A stretch of DNA of 64,000 nucleotides from a virus (IMGVR_UViG_3300028797_006177:1-64000); one strand, 5' to 3'; positions 18,810 through 29,029 are shown, numbered from the stretch's first letter. Numbers and translations: made by a program. The notes: generated by a model from the sequence alone, not told the origin.

Positions 18810-19295
18810 ATGGGTATCAAGATTAACGGAATGTCGATGAAGGATTACATCGAGAAACAGAGACAAGAAGGTGAGGTTATCGAGAGCATGAACGGCTCGA
18901 CGATAACTAACTACAACAGCCGAGGGCGCACGGTGACGATGATCAACGGCGGTTCGGTGGTGATTACTCGAAAGGGTAAGACATATAAACTGGTGGGCAA
19001 CCGCATCGAGCAGCGCAACGGCGAGTGGTTCGTTGACGGCAACCGCTTCGACTTCGACGGTGAGCAGATGACGTTGGAGAACTGCACGGTGAAGATTGAG
19101 ATTCACGGCGAGGTGGAGCGACTGGAAGTGGAATCTGGCGACGTGACGGTGTACGGCGACTGCCATCACATCAGCACGCAGAGCGGTGACGTGACGTGTC
19201 AGGAGGCTGTGAACATCAGCACCATGAGTGGCGACGTGACCTGCAAAGGCCGTCCGAATAGAGTGAACACGATGAGCGGTGATATTAACTGTTAG
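18810..19295 (+). CDS. Protein with (T/S)xSGD(V/I) beta-helix repeats (DUF4097-like)
   Basis: Four SGDV/SGDI repeats at the C-terminus. Confidence 0.7.
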   Translation: MGIKINGMSMKDYIEKQRQEGEVIESMNGSTITNYNSRGRTVTMINGGSVVITRKGKTYKLVGNRIEQRNGEWFVDGNRFDFDGEQMTLENCTVKIEIHGEVERLEVESGDVTVYGDCHHISTQSGDVTCQEAVNISTMSGDVTCKGRPNRVNTMSGDINC

Positions 19296-19306
19296 GAATA
19301 ACGACT

Positions 19307-20176
19307 ATGAAGATATTATCGAAACCAAAAGGCAATGCAGAGGAGTACGGACGCTGGAGCGTGAACCCGTATGTAGGCTGTCCGCATGGCTGCAAGTATT
19401 GTTATCTGAAGAAGGGTGTCTGGGCGAAAGGCCTTGGCGGCAGCAGCCCCAAACTGAAGAAGGGCATCGTGAATGAAGAACACGCCTATCATGTGGCGAT
19501 GGCAGAGATACTTGAGAACCGAGAGCAGATTATCAAGGACGGCGGGCTGTTTATGACGTTCACCAGTGACCCGTGTATCGAAGAGACAATAAATTTATTC
19601 CTGAAAATAATGAGTGCCAGCATACAAATAGCCATACCAGTTACCTTGCTGACAAAGGTCGGTAATACCCTTTCAGCAGGAAAGCACTCTTATTCGCTTG
19701 CGACATATATTCGCCAATGGATGTATAAGGAAGACGAGAACCTCGTGGCTCTTGGTGTGACACTCACCGGTCACGACGAGCTGGAGCCTAACGCTTCGTC
19801 AAACGAAGAACGTATCAGAGTCCTTCGCTGCTTATCCGAATCTAAATCTGACATCCACCTGTGGGCCTCTATTGAGCCTGTCATCGACTTCAAGTCATCC
19901 TACGACATGATACTGGCAGCCTGCGATGCTGGATGCCGTCACTTTAAGATTGGTCTGATGACGAAGAATACGAAGGTATGCCGCAAGATGTACGACTACG
20001 ATGCCTGCATTGAGTTTATCCACGATGTGATGCGGGTTATGGAGGCTGGCGGCGGCACGGCTACCGTCTATTGGAAGCAGTCGTTCCGTGACTTCCTCGG
20101 AGAAGAGGACTTTGCCCGCGCAACCGTAGGCTACAAGAACATCGTGGACAAGGACTGGAGTATGTTCAATAAATAA
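19307..20176 (+). CDS. Radical SAM protein (SplB-like)
   Basis: NPYVGCPHGCKYCY (CxxxCxxC), TSDP, LLTK, SIEP. Confidence 0.85.
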   Translation: MKILSKPKGNAEEYGRWSVNPYVGCPHGCKYCYLKKGVWAKGLGGSSPKLKKGIVNEEHAYHVAMAEILENREQIIKDGGLFMTFTSDPCIEETINLFLKIMSASIQIAIPVTLLTKVGNTLSAGKHSYSLATYIRQWMYKEDENLVALGVTLTGHDELEPNASSNEERIRVLRCLSESKSDIHLWASIEPVIDFKSSYDMILAACDAGCRHFKIGLMTKNTKVCRKMYDYDACIEFIHDVMRVMEAGGGTATVYWKQSFRDFLGEEDFARATVGYKNIVDKDWSMFNK

Positions 20177-20184
20177 AATCTATT

Positions 20185-20406
20185 ATGAAAGGAATTAAAT
20201 CGCTTGCTATGATGGCTGCAATGATGGTAGCTGCAGCAGAAGGCAAACTTGGCAACATATATGAGTTGGAAAACGACAAGCCGCGCTTACGTTGTGGCGA
20301 CTGCGAACACTGTCCTACAGGAAACAAGACTTTCTGAAAGACCGCTAACAATCATACTACAAAGACAACAAACTGCACTAACTGCAAATACTACAAAGTG
20401 AAATAA
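20185..20406 (+). pseudogene. Small Cys-rich ORF with an in-frame TGA at 20335
   Basis: CGDCEHC...F*K...CTNCKYY continues in frame past the stop. Confidence 0.45.
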
Positions 20407-20430
20407 AAAATAAAAGAATGAAATAGAATT

Positions 20431-21204
20431 ATGGCAGCAAATCCAGTTTACTACGGCAAGGAGTACGCGAGAAAGGTGCTCAGTGAATGCCCGACGATTA
20501 CGGAGGAGAAGTTCATTGAGGGCTTCGACCTCACAAACACACAGATTAACGCTATTGTTGGCATTGCAAACGAGGTTGCGCGGCTTGCCATTAGCGACGG
20601 CATCGACGCTATCAAGAAGGCCGGACTCTTCCGGCAGCGAACAAAGCAACTCTGCAACGAGACCGTTCGCAGGCAGGAGGAATACGAGAGGGCGCACAAC
20701 TCCAACTTCGGGGAAAGGCTCAGTCTTTGGCTTGACTACCTTGACGGCACGGAGGAAGTGTTCCGTCGCCACATCTTCATTGTCTATAATGCCGTGAAGA
20801 TGGTACTCGACAAACACCACCAGTCCAATGCCGAACTGAAGGCAAGGTTGGAATGCGGGCTGATATGCGCACAACTTGCAGTGGCGCAGTTCGACGCGCT
20901 GATGCGGGATATGAAGCAGAAGTTCAACGTCGATTACGCTCCGGTATTCGCCAAGGGCCGATACACGAATCCTCTCTATGTCTGGAGGCAAGTCTGCGAT
21001 ATCTACGTCAAGACAGACGACCCAAACGAGACCATCGACCTGAACCATGATGCCAACTTGCGCACAGCAGTAGATGTGCTTTCCCGCAAATTATCTGACG
21101 GAGCCATGCTCAATAAGATCTGCGATAAAGCAATCGTACAGAACATGGAAATTGCGAGGAAGTATGTTAGCGAAGAGGACTTGAATAACCTTGGAATCGG
21201 ATGA
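20431..21204 (+). CDS. Hypothetical protein
   Basis: 257-aa ORF with ATGA overlap to the next gene. Confidence 0.75.
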   Translation: MAANPVYYGKEYARKVLSECPTITEEKFIEGFDLTNTQINAIVGIANEVARLAISDGIDAIKKAGLFRQRTKQLCNETVRRQEEYERAHNSNFGERLSLWLDYLDGTEEVFRRHIFIVYNAVKMVLDKHHQSNAELKARLECGLICAQLAVAQFDALMRDMKQKFNVDYAPVFAKGRYTNPLYVWRQVCDIYVKTDDPNETIDLNHDANLRTAVDVLSRKLSDGAMLNKICDKAIVQNMEIARKYVSEEDLNNLGIG

Positions 21205-22081
21205 ACAAGAAAATGACTGACGAATTACAGAAGAAGGTTGATCGAGCCGTGAAGCTGATACAGGCGGCTGGTAAGTTGGCGAAGGAGCACGGGCAACCGC
21301 TGGAGATATGTTACAGCGGCGGCAAGGACTCGGATGTGATTCTCGAACTGGCGAAGATGAGTGGGGTCGAATATCGACCAATCTATAAGAATACGACAAT
21401 AGACCCACCTGGCACCATTGCTCATGTAAAGTCAAAGGGTGTAGAAGTAGTACAGCCGAAGATGACTTTCCGAGAGGTTATGCACAGGGTTGGACTGCCA
21501 AGCCGATTCAGACGAGCATGTTGCGATAAACTGAAAGAATACAAGATTCTCGACTATGCTGTCATCGGAGTCAGACGCTATGAGAGCCCGAAGCGAGCCG
21601 CACGATATCAGGAACCTGAACTTTGCCGCGTCTATAACAAGAATGAAAAGACTCGCCAATATTTGCCAATTCTCGAATGGACAGACGAAGATGTAGCCGC
21701 ATTCATTTCAGAGCGTGGCATCAAGTGTCATCCGCTATATTATGGGGGGGTAAATTCGATGTATCACGCAGGCTTGGCTGTATGGGATGCCCTATGCAAT
21801 CAAAAGCAAAGCGCATTACCGAGTTCAAACAGTACCCCAATATGGTCAAGTTCTGGTGCCGTGGCGGTCAAGAATTTCTTGACACGCACCCTGGCAGCAA
21901 AATACATAGCTATTTCAACAATGCCTACGAGTGGTTTTGCATGTCACTCTTCTGCCGTAATCTTCAGGAGTATCGCGAGACGTTTGGAGCGAATATGTTC
22001 GGTGGTAAGACCGACTGCCGGCAATTCCTCATGGACTACTTCCATATTGACCTGCCAGAGATTCGTGAAATAAAAAGATAA
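21201..22081 (+). CDS. PAPS reductase (phosphoadenosine phosphosulfate reductase) family protein, frameshifted at a G7 tract
   Basis: YSGGKDS PP-loop, CCDKLKE, GVRRYES..R, PILEWT in the 21201 frame; RLGCMGCP only in the 21677-22081 frame; G7 at 21744-21750. Confidence 0.85.
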
Positions 22082-22094
22082 TAAATAATATTAT

Positions 22095-22994
22095 ATGGAA
22101 CACGTTAATCACCCGAAGCACTATAACCAGCATCCTGCTGGCATCGAGTGCATAGATATTATCCGACACTATTACTGCGACATCGCCAATGCAATCAAAT
22201 ACCTCTGGCGGGCAGGACTGAAACCAGAAATGGGCAAGGAGGATGCGGAGAAAGAGATTGAGGACTTGAAGAAGGCATTGTGGTATATAGAGGACTACAA
22301 AAGCAAGTGTCATGTTTATAAATTAACAAATAAAAAAAGGATCCAGGCTATTGTTTCCGAACAGACAGGTCATAGCATCGAAGAGATTGTTCAAGGATAT
22401 ACCGATGATATATCTGAGGCAATTAGTCATTTGTTATGCGTTGGCATTATTCGTAAGGGAGAAGTAAAAGGCTGGATAGATTGGGATAATGATATATTGA
22501 TTGCCACACATTCTATCCAGCATCGCATACTCGACATTGAACGCTCTTTGCTCGACAAGGAATTTGAGAAAATCAGTGATGTGCTGGGCGGTGTGGCCAT
22601 AGATGGCGAGGACTATGTATCGAAGCCTGGTTGCAATCGTGAAACCGAGCCGGAGCACTACGACCCATTGAATATGATAATTATCAATGGTCGTGCATAC
22701 TGTCTGACCAATAATATACGAAAGAAGAAAAACGGGGCACTGCATACGCCTTGCGAGAACTGCGACCTGTACGACGTCTGCTATGGGGAATTTCAGCTTG
22801 GCGACAATGGTGTGGACTTAAAAAGCTTTCTGTTCTGCAGCCTGCATGATGCAGAGAAGGACGAATACTACAAGGAAGTCGGCATCGCAAAGTATTCCCC
22901 CTCGTTTGGTACCATCGAGGTGGTGGACGAACACAAGGAAGCCATGCTGGAACTGAAACGGCTTGAAGAAGAGGAGGAGAAAGAAGATGTCTAA
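22095..22994 (+). CDS. DUF3310-domain protein
   Basis: VNHPKHY..GIECIDI..NAIKYLWRAG..EDLKKALWYI. Confidence 0.8.
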   Translation: MEHVNHPKHYNQHPAGIECIDIIRHYYCDIANAIKYLWRAGLKPEMGKEDAEKEIEDLKKALWYIEDYKSKCHVYKLTNKKRIQAIVSEQTGHSIEEIVQGYTDDISEAISHLLCVGIIRKGEVKGWIDWDNDILIATHSIQHRILDIERSLLDKEFEKISDVLGGVAIDGEDYVSKPGCNRETEPEHYDPLNMIIINGRAYCLTNNIRKKKNGALHTPCENCDLYDVCYGEFQLGDNGVDLKSFLFCSLHDAEKDEYYKEVGIAKYSPSFGTIEVVDEHKEAMLELKRLEEEEEKEDV

Positions 22995-23310
22995 CAGTAA
23001 TTTTCGCAAACATGTGGCATTCGCAAAGGAGTGGCAGGACGATTGCCTATACTTCATCTTTCACGGCGCACCGAGGAAGTTCATCGAGGACATCTTCAGC
23101 AACCTGAGAGCCGTATGCGTCAGCGTCGTTACCACAGATCCAGTTCGCGGAATGAAAAACGGCATGTGCCACAGGAAAATCGTAGTGAAAATACTAAACT
23201 CGCAAGCAGTCAGGGAAGACGAACTGACAGAAATGATAGTCCTTTTCTTGCGGAAGAAGCACTTCGATGCGGAGTATTTCGACGACTTCCAAAAGTTCGT
23301 CAACGCATAA
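22987..23310 (+). CDS. Hypothetical protein
   Basis: Overlapping start with the upstream gene. Confidence 0.65.
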   Translation: MSNSNFRKHVAFAKEWQDDCLYFIFHGAPRKFIEDIFSNLRAVCVSVVTTDPVRGMKNGMCHRKIVVKILNSQAVREDELTEMIVLFLRKKHFDAEYFDDFQKFVNA

Positions 23311-23313
23311 AGT

Positions 23314-23348
23314 TGTCCGACACGATATATAGGAAAACGATAACTTTG
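23314..23348 (+). promoter_or_regulatory. Promoter TGTCCG-N21-TAACTTTG
   Basis: Member of the recurring promoter motif. Confidence 0.6.
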
Positions 23349-23392
23349 GCACAGACAAAAGGCGATATAACTTTTTTATTGGCGATATACCT

Positions 23393-23617
23393 ATGATTAA
23401 CTGGAAAGATTTGGACTGGCATCCCATCGCCGAATCCCCCAATTTCGGGCGAAGCGGCAAACGGCGTGTCGATGTGTTCCTGACGGACGATAAGGTGGTA
23501 TGGTCCGCTACACTCACACAGGAAACGTATGCCGCAGTACACGAGCCTCACATGTGGCCAAAGGCAAAGCGCTGGGCATACGACAATGGTGAAATGACCG
23601 CCTGTCAGGAACAATAA
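23393..23617 (+). CDS. Hypothetical protein
   Basis: ORF downstream of the promoter motif. Confidence 0.6.
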   Translation: MINWKDLDWHPIAESPNFGRSGKRRVDVFLTDDKVVWSATLTQETYAAVHEPHMWPKAKRWAYDNGEMTACQEQ

Positions 23618-23827
23618 TACATATTGGCGATATGAATAAGAAAAACGGACTTACTACCCTCGTTGTGCAAAATGCGATGCAGATTCGTGTATTTTTTGTG
23701 CGAATCGTTTACAATATTGCGTCAGAATTTGTGCAGCAAATACGTTGCAATTTTCCATGCAATTTGTATGCAAAATGCGATGCAAATTGCGAGCAAAACG
23801 AGGGGGTTTTTAACTGGGGTTTTGTAT

Positions 23828-24985
23828 ATGAGTAGAAACAAGAAAAACGGCAGGCTCTCTACCAAGTCCGCAGCGAGAAAAGGGTTCTATATGTTCTCGC
23901 GTGACTTGCTGTCGTCGCAACGTTACAGGCGCTGCTCCTGGGTGGCCAAGGGGGTGTACTGTGACTTGCTTAACGTGCTGGCTTTGCAGCCGAAACCAGG
24001 CTCTATCTGCCTGCGTGATTTCGACCTGCGGCCAAAGAACGAACGCTCGCTGACGTTCCGCTGCCTGCAATGCCAGAAAAAGGCAAAAGCGGGTGAATAT
24101 CAGTCTATTGTGTATTTTGCAGAGGCTATAGCAGTGAGCGGTGCCAGCGGACCAAGACCAGGACTTATACATGGTCTGCAGGAGCTATATTTAAGAGGTA
24201 TGATACTCATCGAGGGCGACACGATGATACAGCCTCGCATGTACCTCGACAATGGCTTCGAGCTGACCGACAAGGACGGAAATCCGCGTGTCATGGCAGA
24301 CGATGGTGTGACCGTTGTAGGCTCTCCCGACGATGCCGCAGGAGACACCGACGCGGAGATTGTAAGGCTGCAAAAAGAGGTTGAAAAAGGTGCAGAAAAA
24401 AGTACCGAAAAAGATGATAAAAAACCTCGCGTAGGCGCAGGCGACGCGCCCGTCCGTTCAAAGAGAGTTGGGGGTAGAGTTAATAATAATATAGATAGTA
24501 AGGAAGATATAGGGGGTATGGGGGAAAATCGCGACGGCGAGAACGAAAACGAAAAACCAGAAGATAATACCCCGAAACCCACAGAAACGGCTCAAATTTC
24601 AACGAAAGGGGGCAAAGCGGGGGATTTATCCACCCAGCAGGAGAAACGCGCACAGAAGCCCCGCAAGGGGCAAAATAGGGCTACTGTGGCAGACAATCCC
24701 CCGACGCTGGAAGATGTGCAGGCGTACTTCGACGAACGCACCCAGCAGGGCAAGCCATTCCTATATATCACTCCCGACGGCTTCTACGATGCTTGCTGCC
24801 AAAGTGGTTGGACGCTGAAAGACGGCAAGCCGATGATGGACTGGCGTGCCCGCTGCCGCACCTTTGAGAGTTTTCGTAAGGAGCATGGGGACCGACCGAT
24901 TGGGCAAAAGCAGCAGCGCCAACGTACAGACGATAGCCCGAAGCACGTTGATGGGGATAACTTTGAGGGGATGGACACTTGGTAG
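23828..24985 (+). CDS. Putative replication initiator protein
   Basis: N-terminal GFYMF..AKGVYCDLL and C-terminal PPTLEDVQAY..FYD..GW..GKPMMDWRA resemble phage initiators; lies directly upstream of a DnaC-like ATPase. Confidence 0.7.
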   Translation: MSRNKKNGRLSTKSAARKGFYMFSRDLLSSQRYRRCSWVAKGVYCDLLNVLALQPKPGSICLRDFDLRPKNERSLTFRCLQCQKKAKAGEYQSIVYFAEAIAVSGASGPRPGLIHGLQELYLRGMILIEGDTMIQPRMYLDNGFELTDKDGNPRVMADDGVTVVGSPDDAAGDTDAEIVRLQKEVEKGAEKSTEKDDKKPRVGAGDAPVRSKRVGGRVNNNIDSKEDIGGMGENRDGENENEKPEDNTPKPTETAQISTKGGKAGDLSTQQEKRAQKPRKGQNRATVADNPPTLEDVQAYFDERTQQGKPFLYITPDGFYDACCQSGWTLKDGKPMMDWRARCRTFESFRKEHGDRPIGQKQQRQRTDDSPKHVDGDNFEGMDTW

Positions 24986-25077
24986 CAGACCCACCCTGGC
25001 CCTCCCGTAATGGAGGGGAAAATTGCCAAATGATTAAATAGTACATAAATGGTAAATAGTAAATCGTCAAATCGTAA

Positions 25078-25734
25078 ATGAATAAGATAGATTCTATATT
25101 CTCCAGTTCCGTTGAAGCCCTGCGGGATTGTGGTTTTGACCCTTATCCGAAGTGTCTGCGGTTGCAGGTGGTGGAGGCGAAGGAGATGTTGGACGCTGGG
25201 CTGCGCTACTACCTCGGTGACAGCGCGAAGTGGTTGCCGTGCTATGACGAGGTGGCGGCGTGGCTCGCGGACAACAAAGGGCGCGGCCTCTTGTGCCTTG
25301 GTCCATGCGGACTCGGCAAGACGCTCATCGTACAGAACATCCTGCCGGTCATCATCCACCGCCACACGCAGCGCATCGTCTCGACTTACTCTGCGCAGGA
25401 GATGAACGACAACATCAAGGATGTCATAAAACACAAACTTATAGTCATAGATGACATAGGTACTGAGCCAGCAACGAAGTTTGACTATGGCGAGCGCAGT
25501 ACGCCGTTCCTGAAACTCTGCGACGCTGCTGAGAAGCGCGGCATATTGCTGATGATGACGGCGAACCTGCGCACTACGCACGGCACTGACCGTCAGGGCA
25601 ACACCATCCCCAGCATCGAGGACCGCTACGGCGACCTCGTGCTCTCCCGCCTCCGCTCCGTGGTGAAGATAGTGCAGTTCAAGGGGAAGGACATGCGGGG
25701 CACGAGCCAGCCGAATGGGATGAGCGGGAAATGA
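25078..25734 (+). CDS. DnaC/IstB-like helicase loader ATPase
   Basis: GPCGLGKT Walker A, IDDIGTE Walker B, TANL..RYG..SRLR. Confidence 0.85.
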   Translation: MNKIDSIFSSSVEALRDCGFDPYPKCLRLQVVEAKEMLDAGLRYYLGDSAKWLPCYDEVAAWLADNKGRGLLCLGPCGLGKTLIVQNILPVIIHRHTQRIVSTYSAQEMNDNIKDVIKHKLIVIDDIGTEPATKFDYGERSTPFLKLCDAAEKRGILLMMTANLRTTHGTDRQGNTIPSIEDRYGDLVLSRLRSVVKIVQFKGKDMRGTSQPNGMSGK

Positions 25735-25802
25735 AAGAATGAAGAAATGAAAGAATGAAGAATTTAACAACCATAAACTATGAATTATAAATTGAAGAAA
25801 CT

Positions 25803-26018
25803 ATGACACGAGAACAAGCAATCAAGCGATGGGCTGACATCGCGGAAACTATCTTCTGGGCAGAGGAAAGGATTGCCCAGGAATGGCACGAGAAACTGAA
25901 GGAAGCACCGAACCTTCCGAAAGACAAACAGCACGAACTGGCGAAAGCCTATTGCCGTGCCATCGCCGTGGAGGTGGTAAGACCAACTCCAGACGAAGAA
26001 CTGGTAGAAATGGAGTAA
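25803..26018 (+). CDS. Hypothetical protein
   Basis: Operon context. Confidence 0.65.
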   Translation: MTREQAIKRWADIAETIFWAEERIAQEWHEKLKEAPNLPKDKQHELAKAYCRAIAVEVVRPTPDEELVEME

Positions 26019-26041
26019 TTATGAACTATGAATTATGAATT

Positions 26042-26494
26042 ATGAATTGCAAACAAAAAGAAAAAGTTTATATCAGCGGCAAAATCAGCGGCACGGATAT
26101 GAATGAGGCCAAAAAGCGGTTTGCCGAGAGCGAGGCGTATCTGCGCGGGCTTGGCTACCGCACCTGCAATCCGCTGAAGATGCGACTCTGCGTGTGGCTT
26201 GCCTTGCACTGCGGGCGGTTCGGCTACGTCGCCTGCCTGCTGCTTCAACTGCTGTGGATGTGGTGGACGTGCAGCTGTATCTTTTTGCTGACCGACTGGC
26301 ACACCAGCGACGGCGCCCGACTGGAGCGATCCTTCGCCCGCTGCCTCGGTCTGACTGCCCTCTACGAGCAGAAGCGCAAGCCATCGCCCGTCAGCAAGAC
26401 CGCCGAAGCCTTTGCCGAACTGGGCAAGGCCGTCGCTGCCTGCGGAGTGAATGATAAGACTATCAAACCGAAAAGTAAGAAACAGAAAAAGTAA
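26042..26494 (+). CDS. DUF4406 family protein
   Basis: KVYISGKISG..F..AE..NP..W..SDGARLE. Confidence 0.8.
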   Translation: MNCKQKEKVYISGKISGTDMNEAKKRFAESEAYLRGLGYRTCNPLKMRLCVWLALHCGRFGYVACLLLQLLWMWWTCSCIFLLTDWHTSDGARLERSFARCLGLTALYEQKRKPSPVSKTAEAFAELGKAVAACGVNDKTIKPKSKKQKK

Positions 26495-26518
26495 TAACCC
26501 AATTAAACATTTACGATT

Positions 26519-27091
26519 ATGAGAAGTAGAACAGCACAATGGTTTGAGTGCAAAATCAAGTATGAGAAGGCGATGGAGGACGGGCTGCAGAAGCAGGTCG
26601 TGGAGCAGTACGTGGTCGATGCCCTGTCGTTTGCAGAGGCGGAGCAGCGCATCACCGAGGAGATGTCGCAGTACATCAGCGGCGAGTTTGAAGTAGCGGA
26701 CGTGAAGAAGGCGGCCTACAAGGAAGTGTTCTTCATGCAGGACGGCGAGAAGATCCTGTCGCACGAGACGGAGAAGCTGAGCCGCGCCATGAACAAGGGC
26801 AGGGAGGCCGCTATGGAGCAGTACGACAAGCCGATGGACTGGAACCCGAACAATGCCGACACCCGCTGGTACAAGGCGAAGCTCCAGTTCATCACCATCG
26901 ACGAAAAGACGGAGAAGGAGAAGCGTACCAACGTGACGTATCTGGTGCAGGCTTGTTCGCTGCACAATGCGCTCGACAACATCGACACGGTGATGAAGGG
27001 CACGATGATTGACTACGTGCAGGCCAACGTCGGCGAGACGCAGCTGGTGGACGTGTTCGAGTACAGCAAAGGCAACAGCGCCGAGGTATAA
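26519..27091 (+). CDS. DUF4494 family protein (Bacteroidales phage)
   Basis: WFECKIKYEK..YVVDALSFAEAE..WYKAKLQFITIDEK. Confidence 0.8.
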   Translation: MRSRTAQWFECKIKYEKAMEDGLQKQVVEQYVVDALSFAEAEQRITEEMSQYISGEFEVADVKKAAYKEVFFMQDGEKILSHETEKLSRAMNKGREAAMEQYDKPMDWNPNNADTRWYKAKLQFITIDEKTEKEKRTNVTYLVQACSLHNALDNIDTVMKGTMIDYVQANVGETQLVDVFEYSKGNSAEV

Positions 27092-27128
27092 GTTTTAACG
27101 ACCACAGATTACACAGATTAAACGAATT

Positions 27129-27590
27129 ATGAAATACGGAGAGCGAAAATCTATCTCGAAAGCCATGCGGCAGCAGGTGTTCGACAAGTACAACGGGCAT
27201 TGTGCCTATTGCGGTCGGAAAATAGAGATGAAGGAAATGCAAGTTGACCACATTATCCCGATTGCATACAGCTGCTATGGCCCTCGGGATAAAGCCGAAG
27301 AGGTGCGGAAGATGTTTGAAGATGAGAGCATCAATGCCATCGACAACCTCATGCCAGCCTGCCGTGCTTGCAATTTTTACAAGGGTATCAACGACATCGA
27401 GCGGTTCCGTAACCGCATCAAGTCAGAACTCGACCACACTTGCCGTCAGTCATTCCAAACGCGGCTGGCTATGCAATACGGCATCATCAAATATGAGCCG
27501 TGGGATGGAAAATTCTACTTTGAACGGTTGCAGGAAATTGACTTCGATGATGTTGACCCACACCACATCGTGCATCAACACGAGCGGTAG
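27129..27590 (+). CDS. HNH endonuclease
   Basis: HCAYCG..QVDHIIP..NLMPACRACNFYK. Confidence 0.9.
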   Translation: MKYGERKSISKAMRQQVFDKYNGHCAYCGRKIEMKEMQVDHIIPIAYSCYGPRDKAEEVRKMFEDESINAIDNLMPACRACNFYKGINDIERFRNRIKSELDHTCRQSFQTRLAMQYGIIKYEPWDGKFYFERLQEIDFDDVDPHHIVHQHER

Positions 27591-27657
27591 ATAGTCCGTT
27601 AAATCCGTGTAATCCGTGTTCAAGAAAAATAATTCGTGATAAAAAAGCAACAGAACT

Positions 27658-28212
27658 ATGATTGAACTACCAAAGTACACTGTCCCGACGTATGACCCTC
27701 GGGGGCTGGCGGAGAACGAGCGGACGGACTTCACGCGGCGCATCCCCGCACTGCCGGAGAAGCAGCTGGCGAGGGACGCGAAGATTGTGGGGCAGATAAT
27801 CCGTGCCTACGAGCAGGGCAGGGGGCAGGAGGTGATGGACATCTTCAGGCGCAAGGCCCGTCTGCTGTCGAACCCCCGCTACTGGGAGGTGATGCGCACG
27901 GTGTGGGTGGCCGTCGGCAGCACCGAGACGGCCCCGCTGTTCCGCACGCTGATGCAGTCGGGCCGCCCCTGCCGCAGTTGGTTTATGACCCCCGAAGATG
28001 CCGCCGCGCTGGAGTCGATGCCGTTCCCGCTGACCGTCTGGCGTGCCTACGACGCCGACCCCGACCCCGGCATCTCGTGGACGCTCGACGAGCAGTGGTG
28101 TCGCGGCTATGCCCGCTCGAAAGGTCGCCGCGTGAAGCAGATGCAGGTGAGCCGTGACCAGGTGTTCGCCTACGTCAGCCGACGGGGCGAGGAGGAAGTG
28201 ATAATATTGTAA
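27658..28212 (+). CDS. Hypothetical protein
   Basis: VWRA..GISWTLD..RRGEEEVI, loosely resembling an ADP-ribosyltransferase R-S-E pattern. Confidence 0.6.
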   Translation: MIELPKYTVPTYDPRGLAENERTDFTRRIPALPEKQLARDAKIVGQIIRAYEQGRGQEVMDIFRRKARLLSNPRYWEVMRTVWVAVGSTETAPLFRTLMQSGRPCRSWFMTPEDAAALESMPFPLTVWRAYDADPDPGISWTLDEQWCRGYARSKGRRVKQMQVSRDQVFAYVSRRGEEEVIIL

Positions 28213-28243
28213 TTAAAAGGTAAATAAATTAAATTTTGGCGAT

Positions 28244-29029
28244 ATGATAGAAAGACCATTAGATTTCGACTTTGACAATGACGATACGCTTGTTGAGTTC
28301 GACGATGCCCAGCGCGAAAAGCTGGAAAAGGCTGCAAAGGAATTGCAGCAGACAGCAGGAATGCTGATGTATCTGATAAAGGAAGGCAAACTCGGAGTGG
28401 GAACGCGGGACAGCATGGCCTCGATACTCGACCACAAGGTGCAGGACGTTTGTGACGTGCTCGACTACGACACCTACCTGAAGAAGTCGCAGGCCAAGAC
28501 GCTGCGAGAGATTCAGGAGGTGAACATGGAGAACCGCATACTGCGTCAGCAGTTGGGCGAGAAGGTGTCGCTCGAAGACTGCCGTGAGCGTCTGAAACTG
28601 GTAAACGACGGATTCCTGCAATGGGCGAAGACTGAGGGTTTCGGATGGATTAGCGACAGAGGCACCGACGACTGGGGTATATTGACCGGCACGATGCGCA
28701 CGGAACTTGGACGTTGGCGCCGTGACGACGAAAAGACACGTCAGAGGATGATAGACTTCGGCTTTGAGTTTGACGACCTGAGCAAGGACGGCGCACGTCC
28801 CATTGCCAACGAGAAGAACATCGAGCTGCTACAGAAGCTGGTGCGCACGCTGTCACCCGACGCTCTTCCCTACGAAATAAAGGTTGATGCCCGTGGCAGT
28901 GTGTCGCGCATCGAGAGCGTGAAAATCATGCTGCGCTCTTGGGATTGTCTTGAGCCGTACATCAAGCAGCATCAGGAAGAAGAGCGCAAGGAAATGGAAG
29001 CACGAATGGTTAAGAAGGTGGAGGACTAA
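28244..29029 (+). CDS. Hypothetical protein
   Basis: GGCGATATG start; ends VED* in the junction motif. Confidence 0.7.
   Translation: MIERPLDFDFDNDDTLVEFDDAQREKLEKAAKELQQTAGMLMYLIKEGKLGVGTRDSMASILDHKVQDVCDVLDYDTYLKKSQAKTLREIQEVNMENRILRQQLGEKVSLEDCRERLKLVNDGFLQWAKTEGFGWISDRGTDDWGILTGTMRTELGRWRRDDEKTRQRMIDFGFEFDDLSKDGARPIANEKNIELLQKLVRTLSPDALPYEIKVDARGSVSRIESVKIMLRSWDCLEPYIKQHQEEERKEMEARMVKKVED

Noticed and set aside
24784-26965. Long antisense ORFs (24784-25770, 26033-26965, and similar at 31488, 40881, 50561)
   Set aside because: Expected shadows of GC3-rich sense genes; no motifs of their own
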